A stretch of 64,000 bases of DNA from contig CAVQKE010000001.1 of NCBI GenBank assembly GCA_963713045.1, forward strand, positions 32,001 to 96,000, in the 5' to 3' direction. The translations under genes and the position numbers were made by a program. This document shows positions 31,475-40,891 of the stretch, piece after piece (position 1 is the stretch's first letter; each line of letters opens with the position of its first letter). The notes beneath the pieces were generated by a model, which searched no databases, was not told the origin of the DNA, and saw only the letters and a list, made by a program, of their open reading frames with translations. Source of the stretch: an uncultured delta proteobacterium. Its GTDB lineage: Bacteria > Myxococcota > Myxococcia > Myxococcales > Myxococcaceae.

Positions 31475-32281
31475 CTACTGGTTTGGCTGTGTGCCGTGCC
31501 CAGCCTGTGGTGCCGACAGCAACACCGGCGTCGACTGCGCGCCCGGCCCCAGGACGACGGTCTTGGCGTTTCCGGAAGTCGCGAGCTTCTCAAGCTGTAA
31601 GATTCTTTCGAATTCGAGAATCGACGGCGTGAGACTCGATGAGACGGCCCGGTTGTAGTCGGCGATGCCCTGTGCCTCGACTCGCTTCTGGTCTGCCTCG
31701 GCCTTGGTGATTTGAAGAACGTAGTTCATCTTGAAAACCTCCTGCTCGGCGGCCAGCTTCTGGTCGATGGCCTGTCGAATCGCGGGAGGTAGCTCGACAT
31801 TCCGGATGAGGACGGCCTCGATGATGAGGTGCTTGCCCGTCGCGCGGCTAACCAGCTGCTCGCGTATTTCACGTTCGATGACGTCCCGCTTGGTCGAATA
31901 GATTTCCTCAGGCGAATACTGGCCGACCACCCGGCGCGCATCGGAGCGGACCAAGGGTTCCAGGATAATGTTGTAATAGTCGGGGCCAATTTCCTCTTGG
32001 AGCGCCACCACCTCGTTCGGCGCAATCCGGTAGCGCACCGTGGCGTCGAGGGTGATGGAGAGTCCGTTGTTGGCGATGACGTTGAGTTTCTCGTCATTGC
32101 TCATTACACGAAGGTCATACACGTACATGTGGTTTTGAAACCAAACCCAGTATTCACCTTCTGCATAGGTTTCCTTTTGGGTCCCGCCGCCCGCTTTCCA
32201 CAGGACGCCTGCTTGACCAGGTCCAACGGTGACGCAGGCGGAAGACAATGCAAAAATCAAGAACAGTGGGACTCGCTTCAT
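31475..32281 (-). CDS. SPFH/prohibitin (band 7) family lipoprotein
   Basis: Lipobox LSSAC; YSPEEIYSTKR, LIRNVELP, AIDQKLAAEQE, EAQGIAD. Confidence 0.88.
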   Translation of the reverse strand: MKRVPLFLIFALSSACVTVGPGQAGVLWKAGGGTQKETYAEGEYWVWFQNHMYVYDLRVMSNDEKLNVIANNGLSITLDATVRYRIAPNEVVALQEEIGPDYYNIILEPLVRSDARRVVGQYSPEEIYSTKRDVIEREIREQLVSRATGKHLIIEAVLIRNVELPPAIRQAIDQKLAAEQEVFKMNYVLQITKAEADQKRVEAQGIADYNRAVSSSLTPSILEFERILQLEKLATSGNAKTVVLGPGAQSTPVLLSAPQAGHGTQPNQ

Positions 32282-33132
32282 GGCGACACCTCTACAATTG
32301 CCGGAGCATCCTTCGCTTCGACGTTGACAGTTGTTGAAGGCGCCCGAAGCAGTCGGTCCCAGGCTCGTCGGCGCAAATCCTCCAGCGATTGACTGGAGAG
32401 AGAGCTTCCCAGCGCCTCGAATTGTTGTTGAAGGCCGGCCCCTTCCTCACGACGTGCGTCGGCTGCCTTCTGGGCAATCTCGAGACGCCGCGGCTCAGCC
32501 AGTAGCTCCTGTTGGAGGACCAGCGCCGCACCCACTTGCCCGAGCGCCAACGGAGACACGACTTGGAGCGTCCGCAGGTCCACCGATTCGAGCAGGACGT
32601 GGTAGGGGCGCAGACGCGACGCGGCGCGCTCAATCACCTTAGCTTGAGCAGCCAGGATGTTCGCCGTATCCAGCTCATCCGAGTGGAGTCCGCCGATGTA
32701 GAGGCGCACCGCGGCTTCGACTTCCGGTCGCACCATCACCTCTGCGTAGTTTGGGCCTACCTCGCGCGCCAGGGCGACGACTTCCTCGGGGGCGATGCGG
32801 TAGGTCACGACCGAGGCGGAGGTGGTCGCTGGGCTTCCGTCGGCGGTAATGGCGTTGAAGCGAAGGGTCATTTCCTGCTGGCGAGTGCTGTACAAGGAGA
32901 CCTCGCCAAACCAGGGAATGCCTGAGACCCCTTCGGGGAGGGGTTGGGAGACAACACCGGAGGGGGCCAGAACCACGGCTGCGTGGCCCGGAGGAACGCT
33001 GGCACAGGCCGCACTGAGGACCAGCGAACACGGCACCAGGGCGCGGGCCAGAATGCCGGACGCTGGACACCTTCGCGGCCGACCGACGGGGCTTCCACGC
33101 GAGAAAAGACTGCGGCATCTGAGGCTCATCAT
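32278..33132 (-). CDS. Second, divergent SPFH/prohibitin family protein
   Basis: LSAAC then VPPGHAAV, EVGPNYAEVMVRP, LESVDLR; ATGA-coupled to its paralogue; start uncertain. Confidence 0.75.
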   Translation of the reverse strand: MMSLRCRSLFSRGSPVGRPRRCPASGILARALVPCSLVLSAACASVPPGHAAVVLAPSGVVSQPLPEGVSGIPWFGEVSLYSTRQQEMTLRFNAITADGSPATTSASVVTYRIAPEEVVALAREVGPNYAEVMVRPEVEAAVRLYIGGLHSDELDTANILAAQAKVIERAASRLRPYHVLLESVDLRTLQVVSPLALGQVGAALVLQQELLAEPRRLEIAQKAADARREEGAGLQQQFEALGSSLSSQSLEDLRRRAWDRLLRAPSTTVNVEAKDAPAIVEVSP

Positions 33133-33141
33133 AACCTCTCC

Positions 33142-33289
33142 TCATGCATGTCCTGGAAGCGCTCCGCTCGGGGCTGCCGGGACGTCCTCTTCCGCCCAAA
33201 CTTCCTTGCGCGCGAAAATCATAAACATCACCGGAACCAGGAAGAGTGAGAGCGCGGTCAATCGGGTTATTGAGCGCGAGGCGAGTCAC
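33142..33289 (-). pseudogene. Remnant of an AcrB/CusA-family RND permease (first ~10 and last ~39 codons only)
   Basis: GTG start overlapping the MFP stop gives MTRLALNNPI; out of frame immediately after is TALSLFLVPVMFMIFARKE...GHA-stop (RND TM12-like); junction about 33258-33262. Confidence 0.8.
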
Positions 33290-34530
33290 GGTGTTCGCTC
33301 GACTTCCGTTGCCGGTTTGGTGTTGAAACTGGGGCCGGGACTCGGTTCCGTCACTACCTCGACGGCGCCCACCTTCACCCGGTCCCCATCCTGCAAGAGG
33401 GACCTCCCCTCGAGCGCCACCAGCGTTCCCGGCTTGAGCGACGGGTCGAGGTAAAGCAAGCCCTCCCGCTCGCCAAGCAGCGGCACCACCCGCGCATGTG
33501 CCACATCGCCATCGACTTCAAAGAGGCTGACTTTGCCGCTGCGGACGGCGGCCGCCGCCAGCGGGACGGCGGATGCCGGCTGAGGCTGTCCGACGTCGAT
33601 GGTGAGCTCGGCGGTGGTTCCAGCTGGCAGAGAACGGGTGGGGTCAGGGACGTCGATTTCAAAATGCACCGTCCGCGTCGCCGGGTCGGCCGCCGGCGCA
33701 CGACGCGAAATCACCGCCGTATAATCCTGGTTGGTCGCCAGAAAGTGCATCTTCACGCGGCTTCCCGGCGCGACGACGGCGAAGTCAGTCTCCGGCGCCT
33801 CCGCCGTCACACGGATGGTGGAGCGGTCCACAAGCGAGACGATGGTTTCACCCGGACGGACGTAGGCCCCAGGGTCGACCTCCCGGGTCGCGACTTCTCC
33901 GTCGAAGGGCGCGAGCTGGATGCAGTCTCTGCTCTCCACCGAGCTTCGAGCCAGCTGAGCTTTCCCGGCCTGCAGTTGGGCTGCCTCGGACGAACTGGTG
34001 GCGATTTTCTGCTCGACCTCATTGACGGAGACGAAACCGCCGTCGAGCAACGCCTGGGTTCTGGCGGCTTCGTCGGCCAGCGCCTTCTGCCGCAGGTCGA
34101 TGGCTTCGGCCTGCATCTGCACCGCCCGCGTCGACGCGGTCGCATGCCGGCAGTCCAGCGTCGCCAGCACATCGCCCTTCTTCACCGCCGCACCGGGCCG
34201 CACCGTCACCGTCCAGACAAAGGCCGAGACAAGCTGCGGTCCGAGGCGCGCCATCACCCACGGCTCTAGGGCGCCGATGTAGGTGCGGAAAGGGCGAAAG
34301 TCCGTCCCCTTGGCCTTCACCACGGTGACTGGCTGGGCAGAACTGGCCAGTGTGACGTTGTTGACGCGGGAGTTCGCCCGCCAGAGGAGCCATCCCCCCA
34401 CCAGCAGGACGAAAGCGACGCCGAGCGAGAGGAGAAGTGGGACATTCCACGTCTTGGTCGCGGCGCCTTCGGCCGAGGTTCGGGCCGCCACCGTCGCTTG
34501 CGGTAGTTCGGCGGGAGCGTCTGGCTTCAC
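33286..34530 (-). CDS. RND efflux periplasmic adaptor (membrane fusion protein)
   Basis: N-terminal TM; VRPGAAVKKGDVLATLD and APFDGEV lipoyl halves; DPATRTV. Confidence 0.9.
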   Translation of the reverse strand: MKPDAPAELPQATVAARTSAEGAATKTWNVPLLLSLGVAFVLLVGGWLLWRANSRVNNVTLASSAQPVTVVKAKGTDFRPFRTYIGALEPWVMARLGPQLVSAFVWTVTVRPGAAVKKGDVLATLDCRHATASTRAVQMQAEAIDLRQKALADEAARTQALLDGGFVSVNEVEQKIATSSSEAAQLQAGKAQLARSSVESRDCIQLAPFDGEVATREVDPGAYVRPGETIVSLVDRSTIRVTAEAPETDFAVVAPGSRVKMHFLATNQDYTAVISRRAPAADPATRTVHFEIDVPDPTRSLPAGTTAELTIDVGQPQPASAVPLAAAAVRSGKVSLFEVDGDVAHARVVPLLGEREGLLYLDPSLKPGTLVALEGRSLLQDGDRVKVGAVEVVTEPSPGPSFNTKPATEVERTP

Positions 34531-36011
34531 AGTTCCTCCGCCACGGCTCGGCCAAAGGTGGCCCGCGAACGGGCCAGCTCAAACTCTCCAATGGCGAGGT
34601 CCGTTTGAGCCTCCACCCAGAGCGATGCCGCGTCCGCCAGGTCGGTGACACTTCCCAGTCCGGTGCGGAAGCGCGCATCCGCTTGCGCGTAGTTGGCCTG
34701 CGCTGCTTCGAGAGACTTGCGAATCCTGGGAAGCGCTTCGCGAGCGACCACCACGGAAACGTAAGCATTTTCGACTCTTGCCAACAGTTGCTGGCGGACG
34801 ATGCCTGCCTGCTCGCGGCGGACGGCCTCCACCTGCTGGGACGCCTTTGCTTTGGCCCAGAATGTGCCCTCGAAGATGGGCCAACTGAGGAGGATGCCAA
34901 CCTGCCAGTTTGGGACACTTGGAAGCCACCCGTCGCCGTTGGGAATCGGCGCGCTGCCAGAGGGCGTGGACCCGCCCGCCCGGCCGTTAATGGTCCCAAT
35001 CGCGAAGATATCGGGCCGAAGCTGAGCGAAAGCTGCTTTGGTCGCTTCCTCCTGCGCCTGAATTTGAGCCATCGCGGCTTGAAGGCCAGGCTCCTTCTGG
35101 AGCGCGTGCTGCAAGGCAACGTCCAGAGGCGGCAGGTCTGCTGGAGTCGGCGGTGTGTCAGCGATGTCCAGAGCGAGCGCGGGACTTCCCACGGCAGCGG
35201 CGAGGAGCGCCTGGGCGGTGCGCATGGCACCCCGGGCTCGAATGCGGGCCACGTCAAAGCGAGCTTGCTGCGCCTCGGTTCGGGTTCGGTCAATCGGCGG
35301 CCGCAGCCCTGAAACCACCCCAGCCTGGGCCATCTCAAACTGCAGCGCCCCCCGGGTGTAGGCCTCGTCGGTCGCTTTCAAAATTTGCTTCGCGCTGTAC
35401 ACCGCGAAGTACGCCTCTTCGACGCCCAACCTGACGTCGAGGGTTTGCGCCTCGGCGCTGCGTTGCTGGACAGCGACCAGTGCGTCAGCAGCCGCGATTT
35501 CCGAAGCAATGCGAAAAAAATCGAAAACTTCTTGCGTCACCCCCAACCCAGCAAAGGTAGACGGCTCGGGCGACCACTTGGCATTTTGGGCGTTGGTCGA
35601 AGTCGTCCCACCCACCCGCGGAGTCGGCGTCCATGCTTCGTTGAGGTAGGAGGCGGTGGTGTTGTTTGCCGTGCCGCCCAGCAGCTGCACCGTCAGGCCC
35701 ACCGTTGGAAGCCATTGCCCGCGTGGAATCTCCACCGCGGTCAACCGAGCGGCGACCTCCGCCAGGGCCGCCTTCACCGCTGGCTGGTTCTTGAGCGCGT
35801 AGTCGAGCGCATCCTTCAGCGTAATTTTTGCCGGCGACAGGAGTTCTCTGGCCAACGGCAAGTCGGCGGACGCAGCTGAAGCGGCGGACGGCGTCGGTGG
35901 GGTGGGTTGGGCCGCGGGCGGCATTGTTTGAGCGGATGCTTCGGTTTCCATCCAAACCAGCGCGAGAAGAACGGGCATCAGCCGAACCCACGCAAAGGAC
36001 ATACTTGGCAT
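34527..36011 (-). CDS. TolC-family outer membrane efflux protein
   Basis: Signal peptide; ITLKDALDYALKNQP, LSWPIFEG, ARFRTGLGSVTDL; GGAG RBS. Confidence 0.88.
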   Translation of the reverse strand: MPSMSFAWVRLMPVLLALVWMETEASAQTMPPAAQPTPPTPSAASAASADLPLARELLSPAKITLKDALDYALKNQPAVKAALAEVAARLTAVEIPRGQWLPTVGLTVQLLGGTANNTTASYLNEAWTPTPRVGGTTSTNAQNAKWSPEPSTFAGLGVTQEVFDFFRIASEIAAADALVAVQQRSAEAQTLDVRLGVEEAYFAVYSAKQILKATDEAYTRGALQFEMAQAGVVSGLRPPIDRTRTEAQQARFDVARIRARGAMRTAQALLAAAVGSPALALDIADTPPTPADLPPLDVALQHALQKEPGLQAAMAQIQAQEEATKAAFAQLRPDIFAIGTINGRAGGSTPSGSAPIPNGDGWLPSVPNWQVGILLSWPIFEGTFWAKAKASQQVEAVRREQAGIVRQQLLARVENAYVSVVVAREALPRIRKSLEAAQANYAQADARFRTGLGSVTDLADAASLWVEAQTDLAIGEFELARSRATFGRAVAEEL

Positions 36012-36029
36012 CGTCGGCACTCCTGTTGA

Positions 36030-36044
36030 GCAAGGTCTGGGCCA
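36030..36044 (-). promoter_or_regulatory. sigma54 promoter of the TolC-MFP-SPFH operon
   Basis: Minus strand TGGCCCAGACCTTGC (GG-N10-GC). Confidence 0.7.
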
Positions 36045-36087
36045 CTCGGACCATACTCGGGGTGTCGGGCCGAGACGGGCCCCGGAA

Positions 36088-36123
36088 GGGGAGATTTTCC
36101 CCATGAAAGAGGAAGGATTCCCG
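36088..36123. promoter_or_regulatory. Paired palindromic enhancer-like boxes between divergent sigma54 promoters
   Basis: GGGGAGATTTTCCCC (36088) and GAGGAAGGATTCCCG (36109), 21 bp apart. Confidence 0.55.
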
Positions 36124-36175
36124 CCAGCAACCAGTTTCTCAGGCCCGGTGGCTTTCCGCTTGCCTTTGCGCACGG

Positions 36176-36190
36176 TGGCATCCGCTTTGC
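36176..36190 (+). promoter_or_regulatory. sigma54 promoter of the HK-RR pair
   Basis: TGGCATCCGCTTTGC; a second match TGGCTTTCCGCTTGC at 36149-36163. Confidence 0.55.
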
Positions 36191-36272
36191 TCGTCCCTCT
36201 GCTTCGATGCTGGCTGTTTTCCCCGCTGTCGGCCGTTCGGCGGCCCCACTGGTCCCCCCCAGGTTGGCAGCC

Positions 36273-37631
36273 ATGAAGCGCACCCGACTGCTGGTGGCGA
36301 TGGTGGTCGCGTTGGCGGCCGTGCTGGCGGTCGCCATCTGGGACGAGCGACGGGAAGCACGAGCGGCCTTGGAGGACTTCGGCGCTGAGCAAACCACCGT
36401 GGCCCGGAGTGCCGCCATCGCGCTGGTGGACCGCGTCCGTTCGCCAGATTGCCTCTTGGCCCAACGCCCCTGTCTTCAAGCGGCGCTGGCGGCGATTCGC
36501 GGTGTCGAGCAACCGGGTGCTGTGCGCGTCCTGGTCCGGGCCCCGGGTCAATCGCCTCTTTTGGACAGCAGCGGAGTCCCCGTCACGGCGCCGGCCCTCG
36601 ACGCCGCGCTCGCCGCTGGAACACCGTGGCTCCAACTGACGCGCGCAGAAGCGGCGGCCCTGGGGCTACCACGGCGGATGGCCTTGGCCGGCCTGTCGCG
36701 CCTCCCGGATGCCTTGCAACGCGACTGGTCGGTGGCGGTGGTGGCGACCGCACTCCGAGTGCGGGACCGCGAATCAAAGGCGCTCTGGAGGCTCCTTCTT
36801 GGGACCCTGGTTGCCTCGCTCCTGGTGGGAGGCTTCGGTGGCCTCGCCCTGCGAGAACAGCGGCGGGAACTCGAGTTGAAGCAAGTCCTCGCCGTACGGG
36901 AGGCCGTCCAGGTCCGGGACCGCCGGCTGGTGGAAGCAAACAAGCTGGCGACGCTGGGAGCCTTGGCCACCGGCGTCGCCCACGAGGTCTCGACTCCGCT
37001 CGGCGTCATCGTTGGCCGGGCGGAGCAGCTCCTTCCACGCTTGGAACCGATGTCGCGGTCCCATCGGGCCGCCTCCGCCATTCTCGAGCAGGCGGCCCGC
37101 ATCTCTCGCATCATCCGGGCGTTTCTCACCCTGGCGCGGGGAGGTGCGCCCTCTTTGAGTCAGGTCGCGCCATCCGCCCTGGCGCAAAGCGCGGTGGAGT
37201 TGGTGGAGCACCGGTTCCGGGAGGCGAGTGTCCAGCTTGCACACCGCCTCGAGCCAAACCTTTCTGCTGTCGTCTGCGACCCGGCGCTGTTTGAGCAAGT
37301 GCTCGTCAACCTGCTCCTCAACGCGTGCGACGCCTGCACTCCTGGTGGCACCGTCGAACTGCATGTGGAGCAGTCCGCGAGTCGCGTGGCTTTTGTGGTG
37401 GAGGATGACGGAACGGGCATTTCCGCTGAAGTCGCCGAGCGATGCCTTGAGCCTCTCTTCACCACCAAAGCCCCAGGCCAGGGCACCGGCCTCGGTTTGA
37501 CCATCGCCAGCGAAATTGTGAAGCACCACCACGGTACCCTCTCCTTCGAGTCGCGAGCCCCGTCTCGGGGCACCCGCGTCCGGGTCGAGATTCCAGCAGT
37601 CGCTGAGGTGCATCGTGACGCCACCGGATAA
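36273..37631 (+). CDS. Membrane sensor histidine kinase
   Basis: Two TMs; AHEVSTPL H-box; NLLLNACDA, DDGTGI, GTGLGL. Confidence 0.9.
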   Translation: MKRTRLLVAMVVALAAVLAVAIWDERREARAALEDFGAEQTTVARSAAIALVDRVRSPDCLLAQRPCLQAALAAIRGVEQPGAVRVLVRAPGQSPLLDSSGVPVTAPALDAALAAGTPWLQLTRAEAAALGLPRRMALAGLSRLPDALQRDWSVAVVATALRVRDRESKALWRLLLGTLVASLLVGGFGGLALREQRRELELKQVLAVREAVQVRDRRLVEANKLATLGALATGVAHEVSTPLGVIVGRAEQLLPRLEPMSRSHRAASAILEQAARISRIIRAFLTLARGGAPSLSQVAPSALAQSAVELVEHRFREASVQLAHRLEPNLSAVVCDPALFEQVLVNLLLNACDACTPGGTVELHVEQSASRVAFVVEDDGTGISAEVAERCLEPLFTTKAPGQGTGLGLTIASEIVKHHHGTLSFESRAPSRGTRVRVEIPAVAEVHRDATG

Positions 37632-39042
37632 GCGGACGCGCGTGTTGGTGGTCGATGATGACCTGGCTCTGGCCGAGACTTTGGCCGACGGCCTCGAGGA
37701 GCGCGGCTACGCTGCCATCCCCGAGGGCTCCAGCGCCGTCGCCGCCCGACGCCTGGAACAAGAGTTGGACGTCGCGGCACTGGTGACCGACTTGCGGATG
37801 CCAGGGCTGGATGGATTGGAATTGCTTGCGCTCTCGCGCCGCTTGGACCCAACGCGGCCGGTCATCATCACGACTGCCTTCAGCGCGGTGGCCACCGCGG
37901 TCGAATCCATCCGGCAGGGCGCCTACCACTACCTCACCAAGCCCTTCACCGTCGATGAACTGGCGCTCTTCCTGCGCCGAGCGCTGGAAGAGTCGAAACT
38001 GCGGACCGAAGCCGTTCTGCTGCGCCGAGCGCTGCGGGAGCGTTTCGCGCTGGCCAATCTGGTGGGCGCAAGCGCCTCGATGCGGGCCCTTTTCGACGTC
38101 ATGGAGCGCGTCGCGGACGCTGAAATCCCGGTGCTGCTCTCCGGGGAGACCGGCACCGGGAAAGGCCTGGTGGCCCGAGCACTGCATGCACTGGGACGCC
38201 GCGCCAGCGGGCCCTTCGTCACCGTCAACTGCGCGGCGCTGCCGGAACACTTGCTCGAGTCCGAACTATTTGGCCATGAGAAGGGTGCCTTTACCGGCGC
38301 CACCTCTCGGCGCATCGGGCTCTTCGAAGAGGCCCAAGGGGGAACCCTGTTCCTCGATGAAATCGGAGAAATCGACATCGCCCTTCAGGCCAAGCTTTTG
38401 GACGTGCTCGAAAGCGGGCAGGTGCGCTCGGTCGGAGCCAACAGACACCGGCCAATCGACGTCCGGGTGGTCGCGGCCAGCAACCGGAACCTTCGTCGGA
38501 TGGTGGCCGACCATCGGTTTCGAGAGGACTTGCTCTTCCGACTGGACGTCGTCCGCTTGGAACTGCCGCCCCTGCGAGACAGGCTCGAGGACTTGCCGAT
38601 GTTGGTGGAGCACTTCCTTCAGGCCGCGAAGTCACGCCATCCGCGGTCTCCCGTCCAGACGTTCTCGGCCGAGGCCTTCGCCCGGCTTGCCAAGCACGGC
38701 TGGCCGGGGAACGTTCGCGAATTGGAGAACGTCGTCGAACGCGCGGTACTCCTCGGCCGCGCCCCAGAGGTTCAGCCACAAGAATTGCAGCTCGAAGCCA
38801 GCCCAAGCGCCGAAGCGCACAGCCTTGAATTTCGCGGCCCCGTCCTTCCCCTTCGCCGACTCCAAAAGCTGTACGCCAGCTGGGCCTTGAAGCAACAGGG
38901 GGGGCGGCGCCTGGCAACCGCCGACTCCCTCGGCGTGGACCGAAAGACGCTCCACCGCCTTCTTGAGACTTCCGAGGATGAAGAGGGTGAGCGCCCGGCC
39001 GCCAATGGCTCCGGCGGCGAGGGGCAGGGTCCCGGCGGTTGA
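37615..39042 (+). CDS. sigma54-dependent response regulator (NtrC/AtoC family)
   Basis: REC domain; GETGTGKG, GAFTGA, WPGNVRELEN; HTH LGVDRKTLHR. Confidence 0.92.
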   Translation: MTPPDKRTRVLVVDDDLALAETLADGLEERGYAAIPEGSSAVAARRLEQELDVAALVTDLRMPGLDGLELLALSRRLDPTRPVIITTAFSAVATAVESIRQGAYHYLTKPFTVDELALFLRRALEESKLRTEAVLLRRALRERFALANLVGASASMRALFDVMERVADAEIPVLLSGETGTGKGLVARALHALGRRASGPFVTVNCAALPEHLLESELFGHEKGAFTGATSRRIGLFEEAQGGTLFLDEIGEIDIALQAKLLDVLESGQVRSVGANRHRPIDVRVVAASNRNLRRMVADHRFREDLLFRLDVVRLELPPLRDRLEDLPMLVEHFLQAAKSRHPRSPVQTFSAEAFARLAKHGWPGNVRELENVVERAVLLGRAPEVQPQELQLEASPSAEAHSLEFRGPVLPLRRLQKLYASWALKQQGGRRLATADSLGVDRKTLHRLLETSEDEEGERPAANGSGGEGQGPGG

Positions 39043-39086
39043 GGCCACTCCCAGGGGGCCCCGGCCCCAGTCATTTTCGTTCGGGA

Positions 39087-39439
39087 ATTGGCATAGGGGC
39101 TGACGGGTCGTCCGTCAGTCCGCTGCCACACCACCGGACATGCGGGTCCGCATCCGGCGGTTCGATGAGTTGAGGTTAGCTTGCAAGCCGTGGGACTCCC
39201 ATGCGTCGAAGTACGCTTTTGGCACTGTAGCGTGGACGCGCATCGCAGCGTTCGCCCACCAAATACCCGCGAAACTCCAACGGCCAAGGGCCAGCGACGT
39301 ATATCCGACTTCCTGTACGTCGGCTCGCAGCTCTAGCTCTTCGCTTCCTTCGGCGACGGCCTCACGGCAGGCGCCTTGCGATTCGCTCGGGGTCGCTTCG
39401 GCCTGCTTCCCCAGAGGACTTTCACCTCCAACCCTGCAC
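39087..39439 (-). mobile_element. Internally deleted group II intron (class IIC)
   Basis: 5' GTGCAGGGTTGGAGGTGAAAAGTCCTC...GCAAGG...GAAGGAAGCG domain I-like segment; IEP C-terminal remnant (PKAYFD / MGVPRLAS-stop); domain V GAACCGCCGGATGCGGACCCGCATGTCCGGTGGTGTGG; domain VI ending CCCTATGCCAAT; abuts a terminator. Confidence 0.88.
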
Positions 39440-39481
39440 AAAAGAGAAGGGCGAGGCCCCGTGGAGGGAACCTCGCCCTTT
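39440..39481 (-). terminator. Intrinsic terminator of the porin gene (intron target)
   Basis: AAGGGCGAGG...CCTCGCCCTT stem followed by CTCTTTT on the minus strand. Confidence 0.85.
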
Positions 39482-39514
39482 CAACTTCGCTCTGAAGCGT
39501 GCTCTAGACCGACG

Positions 39515-40891
39515 CTAAATCTTCCACTCGAACTCGAGGGTGCCCGACCACTGATTGCCGTTGATGGGCACGCCTTCGCTGGCTACCGTCGCATTTCCGG
39601 CGTTGGTCTTGGTTTGGAAGGCCATGTCGAGGTTAATCATCGGGCAGTTGCCCACTGGGCCGCCTGGGAAGAACTTCAGGCCACCGTGGTACGTCTGGAG
39701 GGTCCCGACGCGTCCCGATGCTGGAAGCCAGCCGTTTCCGAACGCCTGGTAGGTCGACGTGACGTAGTCGTTGGACAGGTTGGACTGGTACCATTCCATG
39801 GCGAAGTACGGGTAAATCCAAGCGATTCGGATGCCAGCTGACCCGTAGTAACCGTTGCCAGCAGCGTTGATGAGGCCCAGGCCAGTGGCGTTTGCCGAGG
39901 AAACCGGAGCGCCGTTTCCGGAGTAGACGGTGCGCACCCAGCCCGCCTCGACGACAAATTCATTGTCACCAAAGGCATAGTCGAGGTGGAGGTCGGCGAA
40001 GTAGCCCTCGTAGCTGGCGGTCGAAAGCCCGCGCGCGGTCGCCGCAATGGCCCTCGGCTGGTAGTTGATGCCGCCGCCGATGCTGAAGTAGCTGTGCCCG
40101 TCGTAGGCGACGCCGCCGTTGTAGCCGTATCCCGGCTCGATGCCGATGAGGTTGATGCGGATGGCCCCGTCGTAGCTTGGCGAGTCGCCCGGATTCACGC
40201 CGGTGTAAGCCGGGTAGTTGACTGCAACCGCGGGCGTGGTGTTCGTCGTGAGACCCGAAGCCGTCGGGGTGCTCTTGCCAGCAATGCTTTGAACGCCATT
40301 GAAGACACCGATGCGGTAGTTGATGAAGGCCAGGTCGCCGGTGAAGACGAGGCCCAAGTCTCGGTCACGGCCATAGTAGCCACCTGGACGGCCGCGCTCG
40401 GTGGCATCCGTCTGTTCGTCCAATGCGGCAAACCGGGTAATGTCGGTCAGTGACTCGTGGACCCACGGGAGCAGCTGAAGGCCCGCCCAGAATTTGAATT
40501 CCTTGCAGACGTTCCAGTAGCCGAGCGCTTCGTTCATGACGATGGTCGGCGAGTTGAACCGGACGGAGTTCTGTTGCGTCACCGGGTTGGTGATGACGTC
40601 GCTCGCCGCAGCACCGGCTTGCGTATAGCTGACGTCGGTGTTGGCGATGATGCCGAAATGCGCGTTCACCTGACCGTTCACATAAAACCGCATCCGCCGG
40701 AAGAAGATGTCGTACGACGGGCCCGTATGGTCTGCAGAGCCGTTCTCGGTAATGCGGAGCCACGTCTGCACAATCGCACCGACGTCGACAAATCCGCCTT
40801 GGTCACCGATGGTGATTTTCGCAGCCTGGACCGGTGTGGCCAGCAGCACGAAAAGCACCGCCAGAAACGTCACCCCTGATTTCAGCTTCAT
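39515..40891 (-). CDS. Outer-membrane beta-barrel protein (OprO/OprP-like porin)
   Basis: Signal peptide ending VQA; FFRRMRFYVNG, GRDRDLG, YRIGVFNG; Gly/aromatic amphipathic strands; C-terminus TLEFEWKI. Confidence 0.72.
   Translation of the reverse strand: MKLKSGVTFLAVLFVLLATPVQAAKITIGDQGGFVDVGAIVQTWLRITENGSADHTGPSYDIFFRRMRFYVNGQVNAHFGIIANTDVSYTQAGAAASDVITNPVTQQNSVRFNSPTIVMNEALGYWNVCKEFKFWAGLQLLPWVHESLTDITRFAALDEQTDATERGRPGGYYGRDRDLGLVFTGDLAFINYRIGVFNGVQSIAGKSTPTASGLTTNTTPAVAVNYPAYTGVNPGDSPSYDGAIRINLIGIEPGYGYNGGVAYDGHSYFSIGGGINYQPRAIAATARGLSTASYEGYFADLHLDYAFGDNEFVVEAGWVRTVYSGNGAPVSSANATGLGLINAAGNGYYGSAGIRIAWIYPYFAMEWYQSNLSNDYVTSTYQAFGNGWLPASGRVGTLQTYHGGLKFFPGGPVGNCPMINLDMAFQTKTNAGNATVASEGVPINGNQWSGTLEFEWKI

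Noticed and set aside
32675..33289. 204-aa ORF starting MTRLALNNPI
   Set aside because: Chimeric read-through from the RND deletion junction, overlapping the SPFH gene out of frame
39115..39441. 108-aa ORF on the minus strand
   Set aside because: It runs through intron RNA domains; only a short internal stretch resembles an IEP tail
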